From an uncultured Actinomycetota bacterium (GTDB taxonomy: Bacteria > Actinomycetota > Actinomycetes > Streptosporangiales > Streptosporangiaceae): 64,000 nucleotides of DNA. Below are positions 28,464 to 37,684 of the stretch, in pieces (positions within the stretch are counted from its first letter, which is position 1; every line of letters begins with the position of its first letter). A model generated the notes under the pieces. The model worked only from the letters and a program-made list of their open reading frames with translations. It searched no databases and was not told the origin of the DNA. The stretch lies in NCBI GenBank assembly GCA_963823735.1, contig CAWGMO010000002.1:2998848-3062847 (forward strand), written 5' to 3'. Both the position numbers and the translations under genes were made by a program.

Positions 28464-29672
28464 ATGGATGTGTGGCACTCTGCGCTTATGACGTTGCGGG
28501 AGCGGTACGACGCGGCGACGGCACGTTTGGAGCCGCCGTTCGCGGTCGTCGATCTGGACGCGTTCCGGGCCAACGCCGCCGGGCTCATCCGCCGGGCCCA
28601 CGGCAAGCCGATCCGGGTCGCGAGCAAGTCCGTACGCTGCCGGACCCTGCTGGAGAACGTCCTCGCGACCGAGGGCTTCGAAGGGGTCATGGCCTTCACG
28701 CTCCCCGAGGCGCTCTGGCTGGCGTCCAAGGGCATCAGCGACGACATCCTCGTCGCCTACCCCACGGCCGACCAGACCGCCCTCGGCCGGCTCGCCGCCG
28801 ACGAGCACGCCGCCGCGACCGTCACGGTGATGGTCGACTGCCCCGAGCACCTCGACCTCATCGAGAAGGCCACCGCGGGCCGTCCCGTACGGGTCTGCAT
28901 CGACATCGACGCCTCGTGGCGCACGGCCGGGGGCCGCGTACGGGTCGGCGCGCGCCGCTCGCCGCTGCACTCCGCCGTCGAGACCGCCGCGTTCGCGCGC
29001 GAGGTCACCCGCCGTCCGGGCCTCACCCTGGTCGGCCTGATGGCGTACGAATCGCAGATCGCGGGCGTCGGCGACAACCCGCCGGGCAAGCCGATCTTCT
29101 CGCGCGCCCTCCGTTTCGTTCAGACGCAGTCACGCGTGGAGCTGGCCCGCAGGCGGGCGGCGATCGTCAGCGCGGTGCGCGAGGTGGCCGACCTGGAGTT
29201 CGTGAACGGCGGCGGCACCGGCAGCGTCGAGAAGACCGCCGCCGAGAAGGCCGTGACCGAGGTCGCGGCGGGCTCGGGCCTCTACCAGTCGGTGCTGTTC
29301 GACCACTACACCAACTTCTCCGGCCGACCCTCCGCGCTGTTCGCGCTGCCCGTCGTACGCCGCCCGAGCGAGGAGGCCGTCACCGTCCTGGGCGGCGGCT
29401 ACCTGGCGTCCGGCGTCGGCGACCGCAGCCGGATGCCGCAGCCGTACCTGCCGACCGGCCTGCGCTACGACCCGCAGGAGGGCGCGGGCGAGGTCCAGAC
29501 CCCGCTCCTCGGCACGGCCACCCGGCAACTGGAGATCGGCGACCGGGTCTGGTTCCGGCACGCCAAAGCCGGTGAGCTGTGCGAACGCTTCTCCGTGCTC
29601 CACCTCATCGAGGGCGACCAGGTCGTCGACACCGTGCCGACCTACCGCGGCGAAGGCCAGACGTTCCTCTAG
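28464..29672 (+). CDS. PLP-dependent amino acid deaminase/aldolase (alanine-racemase N-terminal fold, D-serine-deaminase-like)
   Basis: PFAVVDLDAFRANA...IRVASKSVRC carries the PLP-lysine context. A C-terminal beta domain is present. Alternative start at ATG 28488. Confidence 0.75.
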   Translation: MDVWHSALMTLRERYDAATARLEPPFAVVDLDAFRANAAGLIRRAHGKPIRVASKSVRCRTLLENVLATEGFEGVMAFTLPEALWLASKGISDDILVAYPTADQTALGRLAADEHAAATVTVMVDCPEHLDLIEKATAGRPVRVCIDIDASWRTAGGRVRVGARRSPLHSAVETAAFAREVTRRPGLTLVGLMAYESQIAGVGDNPPGKPIFSRALRFVQTQSRVELARRRAAIVSAVREVADLEFVNGGGTGSVEKTAAEKAVTEVAAGSGLYQSVLFDHYTNFSGRPSALFALPVVRRPSEEAVTVLGGGYLASGVGDRSRMPQPYLPTGLRYDPQEGAGEVQTPLLGTATRQLEIGDRVWFRHAKAGELCERFSVLHLIEGDQVVDTVPTYRGEGQTFL

Positions 29673-29876
29673 ACACATTTCGGCGTCCGTAACCGGCGGG
29701 GCCGGTGAGACCGGCAGGCGCGGGTACGCAGGCCATCGCGCCGTCCCGGCCCGATCCACGCACCGGAGCCGCACGGAGAGTGCTGGGATAAAACGCCCCG
29801 TTTCTGTCCTGGGAACGGTCCACAGGCGCGTATGGTCTTAGCTCAGTATTCGGATCCGCCCCGGTGGGGAGGCGCC

Positions 29877-31007
29877 ATGGGTCATCTCGAAGAGGCGATT
29901 GCACCGCCGGGCCGGCCGCCCGAACCGCTGCTGCAGGACCCCTGCGCCGAGCGCGGCGCGGCGGGCGACCTCCTGCACGACGGCAGAGGCGGTGGCGGCG
30001 GCCTCGACGTCTTCCTGGCCGGCACCGTGTTCATGGACATGATCTTCACCGGCCTGCCCGGGCTTCCCCCGCCGGGCACCGAGCTGATCACCAACGGCCT
30101 CGGCTCGGCGCCGGGCGGCATCGCGAACATCGCGGTCGCCATGAGCCGCCTCGGGCTCAACGTCGGTCTCGCCGCGGCGTTCGGCGACGACATGTTCGGC
30201 TCCTACCTGTGGCGGACCCTGTCCGAGCAGGAGGGCGTCGGCCTCGACTACTCCCGCAAGCTGACCGGCTGGCCGACGCCGGTGACGGTCTCGCTCGCCT
30301 ACGACTCCGACCGCAGCATGGTGACCTACCACCGCCCGATGCCGGTCCTGCCCGAAGAGCTCGTCGGCACCCCGCCGCCCGCGCGTACCTGCTTCCTCGA
30401 CCTCGACCACCCGGTGCCGTCGTGGGCCGCGGCGATGCACCGCGCGGGCACGACCGTGGTCGCCGACGTCGGCTGGGACTCCACCGAGACCTGGTCCACC
30501 GACGTGCTCGACCGCCTCGCGCACGTCGACGTGTTCCTGCCCAACTCCCTTGAGGCGATGGCCTACACACGTACCGACACCCCCGAGCTGGCGCTGGCCG
30601 CGCTGTCGGACCGGGTTCCGGTCGTGGTGGTCAAGCGCGGTGAGCGCGGCGCGATCGCGATCGACTCGACCACGGGTGAGCGCGCCGAGGCGCCGGCGCT
30701 GCCGGTCGTGGCGCTGGACGCCACCGGCGCCGGCGACGTGTTCGGCGCCGCGTTCGTGTACGGCACCCTCGCCGGCTGGCCGCTGCTCGACCGGCTGCGC
30801 TTCGCCAACCTGTGCGGCGGCCTGTCCGTACGCCACCACAGCGGGTCGCTCGGCTCGCCATGCTGGGGCGAGATCGCGGCCTTCGGCGAGTCCGAGGAGC
30901 TGCCCGAAGAGATCCTGCGGGACTACGCGTTCGTCGTCCCCTACATTCCCGAGGCCGCGCCCATATCGGTGATCAGGGCCGAGCCGACCGTACGAGAGGC
31001 AAGGTGA
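29877..31007 (+). CDS. PfkB-family carbohydrate kinase
   Basis: Carries GSAPGGIANIAVAMSRLG and the ATP/anion-hole motif DATGAGDVFGAAFVYG. The start is uncertain (29832 or 29877). Confidence 0.8.
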   Translation: MGHLEEAIAPPGRPPEPLLQDPCAERGAAGDLLHDGRGGGGGLDVFLAGTVFMDMIFTGLPGLPPPGTELITNGLGSAPGGIANIAVAMSRLGLNVGLAAAFGDDMFGSYLWRTLSEQEGVGLDYSRKLTGWPTPVTVSLAYDSDRSMVTYHRPMPVLPEELVGTPPPARTCFLDLDHPVPSWAAAMHRAGTTVVADVGWDSTETWSTDVLDRLAHVDVFLPNSLEAMAYTRTDTPELALAALSDRVPVVVVKRGERGAIAIDSTTGERAEAPALPVVALDATGAGDVFGAAFVYGTLAGWPLLDRLRFANLCGGLSVRHHSGSLGSPCWGEIAAFGESEELPEEILRDYAFVVPYIPEAAPISVIRAEPTVREAR

Positions 31008-31014
31008 ACACGAC

Positions 31015-32289
31015 GTGAGCCCGCGCATCACGGTCGTCGGAGCGGGCAGCGGCTACCTGCCGGGGGTGATCCGCGGGCTGTTGCACCGCGCGTCCGACCT
31101 GGCCGGCGCCGAGCTCGTCTTCTACGACATCGACGCCGAGCACCTCGACGTGATGACGCGTCTGGCCCGCAACATGTTCGCCGCGCGCGGCGCCGACCTC
31201 ACGGTCCGCTCGGACACCTCGCTGAAGGCGGCCCTCGACGGCGCCGACTTCGTGTTCACGACGTTCCGCCCGGGCGGCCTCCAGGGGCGCCACCTGGACG
31301 AGTCGATCCCCCTCAAGTACGGCATCGTCGGCCAGGAGACGATCGGGCCGGGCGGCTTCCTGATGGCCTGCCGGTCGGTTCCGGTGCTGCTGGAGATCGC
31401 ACGGAACACCCCGCCGGACGCCTGGATCATCAACTACACGAACCCCACCAACATCGTCACGGACGCCGTCCTGCGGCACACCGACGCGAAGATCATCGGT
31501 CTGTGCGACCAGTGGGTGGGCGACACCGAGGTGTGGGCCGGCCTGCTCGGGCTGCCGGCCGACAGCCTGGAGATCGACTGGATCGGCACGAACCACGGCA
31601 CCTGGGCCGAGCGCGCCCGGCTGGACGGCGAGGAGATCGACCTCGCGTCGCGGCTGGCCGACCTCGCGCCCGCCGGCGAGGCCACCCCGCACCGCGAGCC
31701 CGCGCGGATGGCCGAGGTCGGCAAGGCCCTCGGCCTGCTGGTCAACTCCTACACGAAGTACTACTACTTCCACGACGACGTCGTGCGTGAGCTGCGGGAG
31801 AAGGGCTCCACGCGGGCCGAGGACATCATGGCGATGCTCCCGGCCTACTACGCGCAGGTGGCCGGCGAGGCCGACAAGGCCGACCCGGACCCCAGCCGCG
31901 AGCGCGGAGGCGGCGAACACGGCGAGTTCGCGGTGGATATGATCTGCGCCATCCTGCACGACGAACGGCGGCGGCTCATTCTCAACACGAGGAACCAGGG
32001 CTCGATCGCGTCCCTCGAATCCGACGCGGTGGTCGAGACGCCCTGCATCGTGGGCCGTCACGGCCCGACCCCCCTGGTGATGGGCGAGATCCCCCGCGCC
32101 GTACGAGGCCTCACGCACGCCATCCACGAGTACGAACGCCTCGCGGCGGACGCCGCGACCACCGGCGACGTGCGCCTCGCGCTGCAGGCACTGCTGGCCC
32201 ACCCGTTCGTGACGAGCAAGCGCACGGCCGAAAAGATCTTGGATGAAGGTCTCGCCGCGCACCGTGCGTACCTGCCGCAATTCGGCTGA
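31015..32289 (+). CDS. glycoside hydrolase family 4 (NAD/Mn-dependent 6-phospho-glycosidase-like)
   Basis: N-terminal Rossmann ITVVGAGSGY, then FVFTTFRPGG...D..IPLKYGIVGQETIGPGG, INYTNPTNIV and GLCDQ. GTG start. Confidence 0.8.
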   Translation: MSPRITVVGAGSGYLPGVIRGLLHRASDLAGAELVFYDIDAEHLDVMTRLARNMFAARGADLTVRSDTSLKAALDGADFVFTTFRPGGLQGRHLDESIPLKYGIVGQETIGPGGFLMACRSVPVLLEIARNTPPDAWIINYTNPTNIVTDAVLRHTDAKIIGLCDQWVGDTEVWAGLLGLPADSLEIDWIGTNHGTWAERARLDGEEIDLASRLADLAPAGEATPHREPARMAEVGKALGLLVNSYTKYYYFHDDVVRELREKGSTRAEDIMAMLPAYYAQVAGEADKADPDPSRERGGGEHGEFAVDMICAILHDERRRLILNTRNQGSIASLESDAVVETPCIVGRHGPTPLVMGEIPRAVRGLTHAIHEYERLAADAATTGDVRLALQALLAHPFVTSKRTAEKILDEGLAAHRAYLPQFG

Positions 32290-32309
32290 CCGAAGGAGCC
32301 CCCCTGCCA

Positions 32310-33671
32310 TGAGGAAACCGATCGTGGTCCTCGCCGCGGCGCTGATCGCCGTCTCGGCCTGCGCCCCCGGCTCCAAACCCAAGCCGGCGACGAAGAAGCC
32401 GAGCTCGGTCAACACCGACATCGCCAAGGCGGGCCCGGTGACGCTGACCGTCTGGGACCAGGAGGTCCTCGGCGGCCAGAACGAGCAGATGCAGAGGCTC
32501 AACGCGGACTTCCACGACAAGTACCCCAACGTCACCATCAAGCGGGTCTCCCGGTCGTTCAGCGACCTGCAGAAGACGCTGCGCCTGGCGCTGTCGGGCG
32601 GCAACCCGCCGGACGTCGTCGAGGCCAACCAGGGCTACGGCGTCATGGCGGCGCTCGTGAAGGCCGGCGCGCTGACGCCCGCTGGACGCCTACGAGCCGG
32701 CGTACGGCTTCGGCAAGCGGTTCCCCGCGGGCCCTGGCCAGCTCAACAGCGTCACCCCGGACGGCAAGTCGATCGGCGTCGGGCAGCCTGTACGGCGTCG
32801 CGATGACCGGCGAGGCCGTCGGCATCTACTACAACACCGACAAGCTGAAGCAGCTCGGCCTCCAGCCGCCGACGTCGTGGGCGCAGTTCGAGCAGCGAGC
32901 TGCCGAAGGCCAAGAGCAAGGGCGAGACGCCGATCTAGTTCGCCAACCTGGACAAGTTCCCGGCGATCCACGAGTTCGGCGTGCTGCTCGGGCAGACCGC
33001 CGACAAGCGGCATGCTGCGCAACCTGGTGTTCGGCCGCGGCGGCTCGTGGACCGACCCGACGGTCGTGCAGGCCGCGCGACGAAGCTCGCGGACTGGGCG
33101 AAGCTGGGCTACTTCCCGCCGACGGCCAACGGCGACAAGTACAACGACTCGGCCGGCAGCGTTCGCCAAGGGCGACGGGCTGTCTTCCTCATCGGCGGCA
33201 CGTGGTTCGCCGCGGACTTGCAGAAGAAGATGGGCGACAAGGTCGGCTTCATGCTGCCCCTGCCCGCGTCGGTCGGCGGCGCGATCGTGCCGGACGCTCG
33301 GCGGCGAGGCCTGCCGTTCGCGATCACGTCGAAGTCCAAGCACCCGGACGTGGCCGCGGCGTACCTCGAACTTCATGACCACGCCGCACGCGATGGACGT
33401 GCGTCGCCCAGACCGGCAAGCTCGCCGCGCTGACGCCGGCCGACCAGCCCAGCCGGTGCCGACGCCGGCTGGCGACGCGACGTGTTCGCCGCCTGGAAGG
33501 CCGCGAGCGACCGCGACATCCTCGTCCCGTACCTCGACTACTCGACGCCGACGTTCTCGACACTCTCGGCGGCGTGCTGCAGGAGATCATCGCGGGCACG
33601 CAAGACGCCGGTTCGCAGGCGCATGCAGGCCGCACGCGAAGGGACTACGCCGTCTTCGCTGGCGCAGATGA
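32310..33671 (+). pseudogene. sugar ABC transporter substrate-binding lipoprotein, multiply frameshifted with an in-frame TAG
   Basis: Intact for about 370 nt (MRKPIVVLAAALIAVSACAPG...VEANQGYGVMAALVKAGAL). Homologous peptide then continues only by hopping frames at least 15 times: LDAYEPAYGFGKRF, LYGVAMTGEAVGIYYNTDKLKQLG, FANLDKFPAIHEFGVLLGQTADK, TKLADWAKLGYFPPTANGDKYNDSA, VFLIGGTWFAADLQKKMGDKVGF, FAAWKAASDRDILVPYLDYSTPTFS. A TAG at 32936-32938 lies within ETPI*FANL. Confidence 0.75.
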
Positions 33672-34585
33672 CCGCCGGGAGCCCGGGGCGCGCCGGGGCG
33701 CCGCCGCCCGGCGAGCCGCGCCGGGTCGGCTACCTGTACGTCGCTGCCCGGCGCTCGCCGTCTTCGCGGTGTTCGTGCTCGTGCCGCTCGTGCACGGCGC
33801 GTAGCTGTCGCTGTTCACACTGGGACGGCCTGACCGTCGGCACCTGGGCGGGCCTCGGCAACTACACCGAGGTCTTCGGCGACCCGCAGCTGCGCGGGGC
33901 GTTCCTGCACGCGCTGGTGCTGCTCTTCTTCTACGCGGCTGCTGCCGTGCCTGATCGCGCTCGTGCTGGTCGCGGGCATCGTCGCGCGGACCCGGCCGCG
34001 CGGCCTGGCGTTCTTCCGCACCGTGCTGTTCCTGCCGCAGGTGGTGGCGATGGTCGTCGGTCGCGGTGGCCTGGCGGATGGATCTACGCCCCGACCACGG
34101 GCCGCTCAACGGCACCCTGCGCGCGGTCGGCCTGGGCTCGCGTCGCGCGGCTGGCTCGGCGACTTCTCCTGGGCGCTGCCGTCCGTCGGCCTGATCGGCA
34201 CCTGGGTGGAGATCGGCCTCGCCATGGTGCTGTTCCTGGCCGGGGTGCAGAAGATCCCGCAGGAGCTGTACGACGCGGCGCGCGTCGACGGCGCGGGCGC
34301 GGTGCGCGAGTTCCTCGCGGTGACGCTGCCGGGGCTGCGCGCGCGAGATGGCCGTCGCGCTGACGCTGACGATGATCGCCGCGCTGCGCAACTTCGACCT
34401 GATCTACCTGACGACCGGGCGGCGGGCCCGGCGACGCGACGACGGTGCCGGCGTACGAGGTCTACAACCGGGCCTTCAACACGGGCGAGGTCGGGCTCGG
34501 CCTGCGCCATCGGCATCACGATCGCGCTGTTCGTGTTCGCTCGTCAGCTGTCGGGATCAACCGCCGCGTGGAGGGACGCCCATGA
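33668..34585 (+). pseudogene. sugar ABC transporter permease (MalF/UgpA-like), multiply frameshifted with an in-frame TAG
   Basis: Fragments LAVFAVFVLVPLVHGA*LSLF, WDGLTVGTWAGLGNYTEVFGDPQLRGAFLHALVLLFFY, FRTVLFLPQVVAMVV, the EAA-loop piece LYDAARVDGAGAVREFLAVTLPGLRA, and MAVALTLTMIAALRNFDLIYLTTG lie in different frames. TAG at 33802-33804 sits where Trp is expected. Confidence 0.7.
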
Positions 34586-35397
34586 GCGCCGTGACGACCT
34601 CACGGGCCGAGCGCGTCGCGACGTACGGGATGCTGAGCCTGTTCTCGCTGATCGCGCTGTCTTCCCGCTGCTGGCGGTCGCCTCGCAGGCGCTGAACCTC
34701 CTCGCACCTCGTCGGTTCGCCGCGCGATTCAGCGGCGCCTGGCACGCGCGGCCACTTCGCGCGGTACCTCACCAACAGCCTCATCGTCGTCACCGTCGTG
34801 GTGGTCGTGGCGTCGGTGCTGTCGATCCTGGCCGGGTACGCCTTCGGGCACGATGGAGTTCCGCGGCGCGACCGCGCTGTTCTACGTGTTCCTGCTCGGC
34901 CTGATGGTGCCCGACCGAGGCGGTCGTGGTGCCGCTCTACTTCGACCTGCGCTCGGTCGGGCTGGACGACACGCTGCCGGGCCTGATCCTGCCGCAGATC
35001 GCGCAGTCGGTCGTCGTTCGGGACGTTCTGGATGCGCGCCTTCTTCCGGTCGGCGCCGCGGTCGCTGGTCGAGGCGGCGCGCATCGACGGCGCGTCGAGC
35101 CTGACCACGCTGCGGCGCGTGCTGATCCCGGTCGGGCGGCCCGCGATCCTCACCATGGTCGTGCTGATCGCCATGTGGACGTGGAACGAGTTCCTGCTCG
35201 CCCTGGTGATGCTCAGCTCCAGCGAGGACACCCGTACGGCGCCGCTCGGGCTCTCGATCTTCCAGGGGCAGCACCAGACGGAGTACCAGATGCTGCTGGC
35301 CGCCGCGCTGATCGTCGCCGCGCCCGTGGTCGTCGTCTACGTCTTCCTGCAGCGCCACTTCATCGCGGGCATGCTCTCCGGCGCGGTCAAGGAGTAG
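34582..35397 (+). pseudogene. sugar ABC transporter permease (MalG/UgpE-like); 5' two-thirds frameshifted, last ~126 codons intact
   Basis: MSAVTTSRAERVATYGMLSLFSLIAL..., YLTNSLIVVTVVVVVASVLSILAGYAFG and VVPLYFDLRSVGLDDTLPGLILPQIAQS are in different frames. From about 35010 the sequence is clean: SFGTFWMRAFFRSAPRSLVEAARIDGAS...FIAGMLSGAVKE. Confidence 0.7.
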
Positions 35398-36580
35398 ACG
35401 CGGGGAGCGTACGCGTCGCGATGACGATCGACACGCTCAGCGTCAGCGCCATGACCAGCCCGGTGACGAGGACGGGCTGTGGCGTGAAGGACGCCGCCAG
35501 CGCCAGCGCGGCCGCGATCGGGAAGACGGCGGCGTGCCAGAAGGCGATGTGGTGCGGGCGCAGGTGCAGCACCCAGACGGCGATGAGGTAGACGGCCACC
35601 GGGACCGTGACCGCCAGGGCAGCCACGCGGTCACTGACGTGGGTCCCGGCCACCGCGTGGTCGACCGAGAGGGTGAGGCCCGCCCCGACGGCCGCAGCCG
35701 CGGCGAAGATGAAGTAGTGGCCGTAGCCCCACACCATCGAGAACCTCAGCGAGGTGAACAGCCGCTCGGCGGGCTTGGCGAAGTAGATCCACCACATCGA
35801 GAAGACGATGAGCAGGCCGCCGGCGGCCGTGGTGATGAGCGTGGTGAAGCCGGCCTTGGCGTCGAGGGCCGACTGGACCGCGCCGCTCGCCGCGAGGATG
35901 GACTCCCCGAGCACGATGAGGGTGAACAGGCCGTACCGCTCGGCGATGTGGCCGGGGTGCCAGGGGGTCCGCGCGGGCCGCTCGGCGATGACCGGCACCA
36001 GCAGCTCCGCCACACCGAAGACCACGAAGCCGACGGTGGCCCAGACGCCGTGCAGCCCCAGCCGAGCCACCCAGGCGATCTGCACGACCGTGACGCCGGC
36101 GGCGTACCTCCGGCAGCTCGCGCGGCGCGCCCGGTCGCCGTGGGAGGCGCGCAGCCACTGCGGGACGGCGGCGACGCGCATGATGACGTAGCCGAGGGTG
36201 CCGATGGCGAAGTCGCGGTGCTCCAGCGCCCTGGGCACGCCGGCCGCCAGGACCAGGGCCCCGGCCATCTGCACGAACACGGCCAGGCGGTACGGCACGT
36301 CGTCGGTGTCGTACGCGGACGCGAACCACGTGAAGTTCATCCACGCCCACCAGATGGCGAAGAAGATCATCGCGTAGCCGATCAGGCCGTCGGCGAACCG
36401 GCCCTCCGCGAGCGCGTGGTGGAGCCCCTGCCCGGCCTGGGCGACGGCCGCCACGAAGACGAGGTCGAAGAGGAGTTCCAGCGGGGTCGAGGCGCGATGG
36501 TCCTCGGAGTCGTCCCGCGAGACCATCGACCGGCGGAGTACGGGCGCCAGCGAGGCCCTGGGCGGCGCGTGCCCGCTCAC
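35387..36580 (-). CDS. low-temperature-requirement LtrA-family membrane protein
   Basis: STPLELLFDLVFVAAVAQ, FFAIWWAWMNFTWFASAYDTDD and about 10 TM spans. Confidence 0.8.
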   Translation of the reverse strand: MSGHAPPRASLAPVLRRSMVSRDDSEDHRASTPLELLFDLVFVAAVAQAGQGLHHALAEGRFADGLIGYAMIFFAIWWAWMNFTWFASAYDTDDVPYRLAVFVQMAGALVLAAGVPRALEHRDFAIGTLGYVIMRVAAVPQWLRASHGDRARRASCRRYAAGVTVVQIAWVARLGLHGVWATVGFVVFGVAELLVPVIAERPARTPWHPGHIAERYGLFTLIVLGESILAASGAVQSALDAKAGFTTLITTAAGGLLIVFSMWWIYFAKPAERLFTSLRFSMVWGYGHYFIFAAAAAVGAGLTLSVDHAVAGTHVSDRVAALAVTVPVAVYLIAVWVLHLRPHHIAFWHAAVFPIAAALALAASFTPQPVLVTGLVMALTLSVSIVIATRTLPASTP

Positions 36581-36581
36581 G

Positions 36582-36872
36582 TCACCGACGGCGTCGTGCG
36601 AGCAGGCGCAGCGCGACGGCGGTGAACGTGAGACCCGCGCCGAGCAGCACGGGGCCGGTGAGGCCGCTGCGCGGCCGGTCCTGCGGCTCGCGGCGGACGA
36701 TCGCGCCGAGGTCCTCGGCGATCTTGCCGGCCTCTTCCCGCGCCATCACGGCACCCCGCTGGGCGGCGTGCTTCGGGCTCAGCCGCTCGGCGAGCAGGTC
36801 GATGCTGCGCGCCAGTTCGGCTCGGGTGCGCTCGATCTCGGCCTCGAGCGCCTCCGGGGTCTTGTCGGCCAT
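36582..36872 (-). CDS. DUF3618-like small protein with a C-terminal TM anchor
   Basis: PEALEAEIERTRAELARSIDLLAERLSPK is followed by a TM span LTGPVLLGAGLTFTAVALRLL. Confidence 0.6.
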   Translation of the reverse strand: MADKTPEALEAEIERTRAELARSIDLLAERLSPKHAAQRGAVMAREEAGKIAEDLGAIVRREPQDRPRSGLTGPVLLGAGLTFTAVALRLLARRRR

Positions 36873-37033
36873 GTGTGTCGTCCTTCCTGCGGCCGGCCCT
36901 CACCGGCGAAGCTGTGACCAGTCTGTCAGTTATGGACCCCTCGTATCGCTCCGCGAAGGCGGTGTCACCCCGATCCGGCGCCCGCTCGCCCGGGACCGGT
37001 ACGGTTGGACCAGCTCGATCGAAAGGTGATCTC

Positions 37034-37504
37034 GTGACGGAACAGCGGCTGCAGCCTGGGGACGTGGCCCCGGAGTTCACGCTCCCCGATGCCGACGGCA
37101 ACCCCGTCTCCCTGTCGTCGTTCCGAGGACGACGTGTGATCGTTTATTTCTACCCGGCGGCGATGACGCCCGGCTGTACGAAAGAGGCGGTCGGCTTCCG
37201 CGACAACCTCGCCGACCTCGACGGCAGCGGAGTGACAGTGCTCGGGATCTCTCCCGACAAGCCCGCCAAGCTGGCGAAGTTCCGCGACCGCGACGCGCTG
37301 ACGTTCCCGCTGCTCGCCGACCCGGAGACCAAGATCCTCCAGGCGTACGGCGCCTACGGTGAGAAGAAGCTCTACGGCAAGACGATGATCGGTGTGATCC
37401 GCTCCACCTTCATCGTCGACGCCGACGGCAAGATCGAGAAGGCCTTCTACAACGTGAAGGCCACCGGTCACGTGGAGCGTCTCCTGAAGGAGCTCGGCAT
37501 CTGA
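37034..37504 (+). CDS. bcp: thioredoxin-dependent thiol peroxidase (Bcp/PrxQ)
   Basis: GDVAPEFTLPDADGNPVSLSSFRGRRVIVYFYPAAMTPGCTKEA carries the peroxidatic Cys motif. GTG start at 37034, in frame with the track ORF. Confidence 0.9.
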   Translation: MTEQRLQPGDVAPEFTLPDADGNPVSLSSFRGRRVIVYFYPAAMTPGCTKEAVGFRDNLADLDGSGVTVLGISPDKPAKLAKFRDRDALTFPLLADPETKILQAYGAYGEKKLYGKTMIGVIRSTFIVDADGKIEKAFYNVKATGHVERLLKELGI

Positions 37505-37558
37505 TCTTCGTGCCGAAGCCGCCGTTCGCCACCCGGTAGGCTGCGGTACGGAGTTCTC

Positions 37559-37632
37559 GGGGCCGTAGCCCAATGGCAGGAGGCACACGGTTTAGGTCCG
37601 TGCCAGTGTGGGTTCGAATCCCACCGGCCCTA
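37559..37632 (+). tRNA. 74-nt cloverleaf tRNA, anticodon UAG (Leu, codon CUA) but with a class-I 5-nt variable loop; no encoded CCA
   Basis: Acceptor GGGGCCG/CGGCCCT (G1-U72). U8. D-arm GCC(C)-AATGGCAGG-(A)GGC. Anticodon stem CACGG/CCGTG with loop TTTAGGT, anticodon at 37593-37595. Variable loop CCAGT. T-arm GTGGG-TTCGAAT-CCCAC. Discriminator A. Confidence 0.75.
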
Positions 37633-37684
37633 CCCACTCTGGTCGTCGCGCCGAAATGTCGGTACCCGGCCGTACGCTGGCCGT

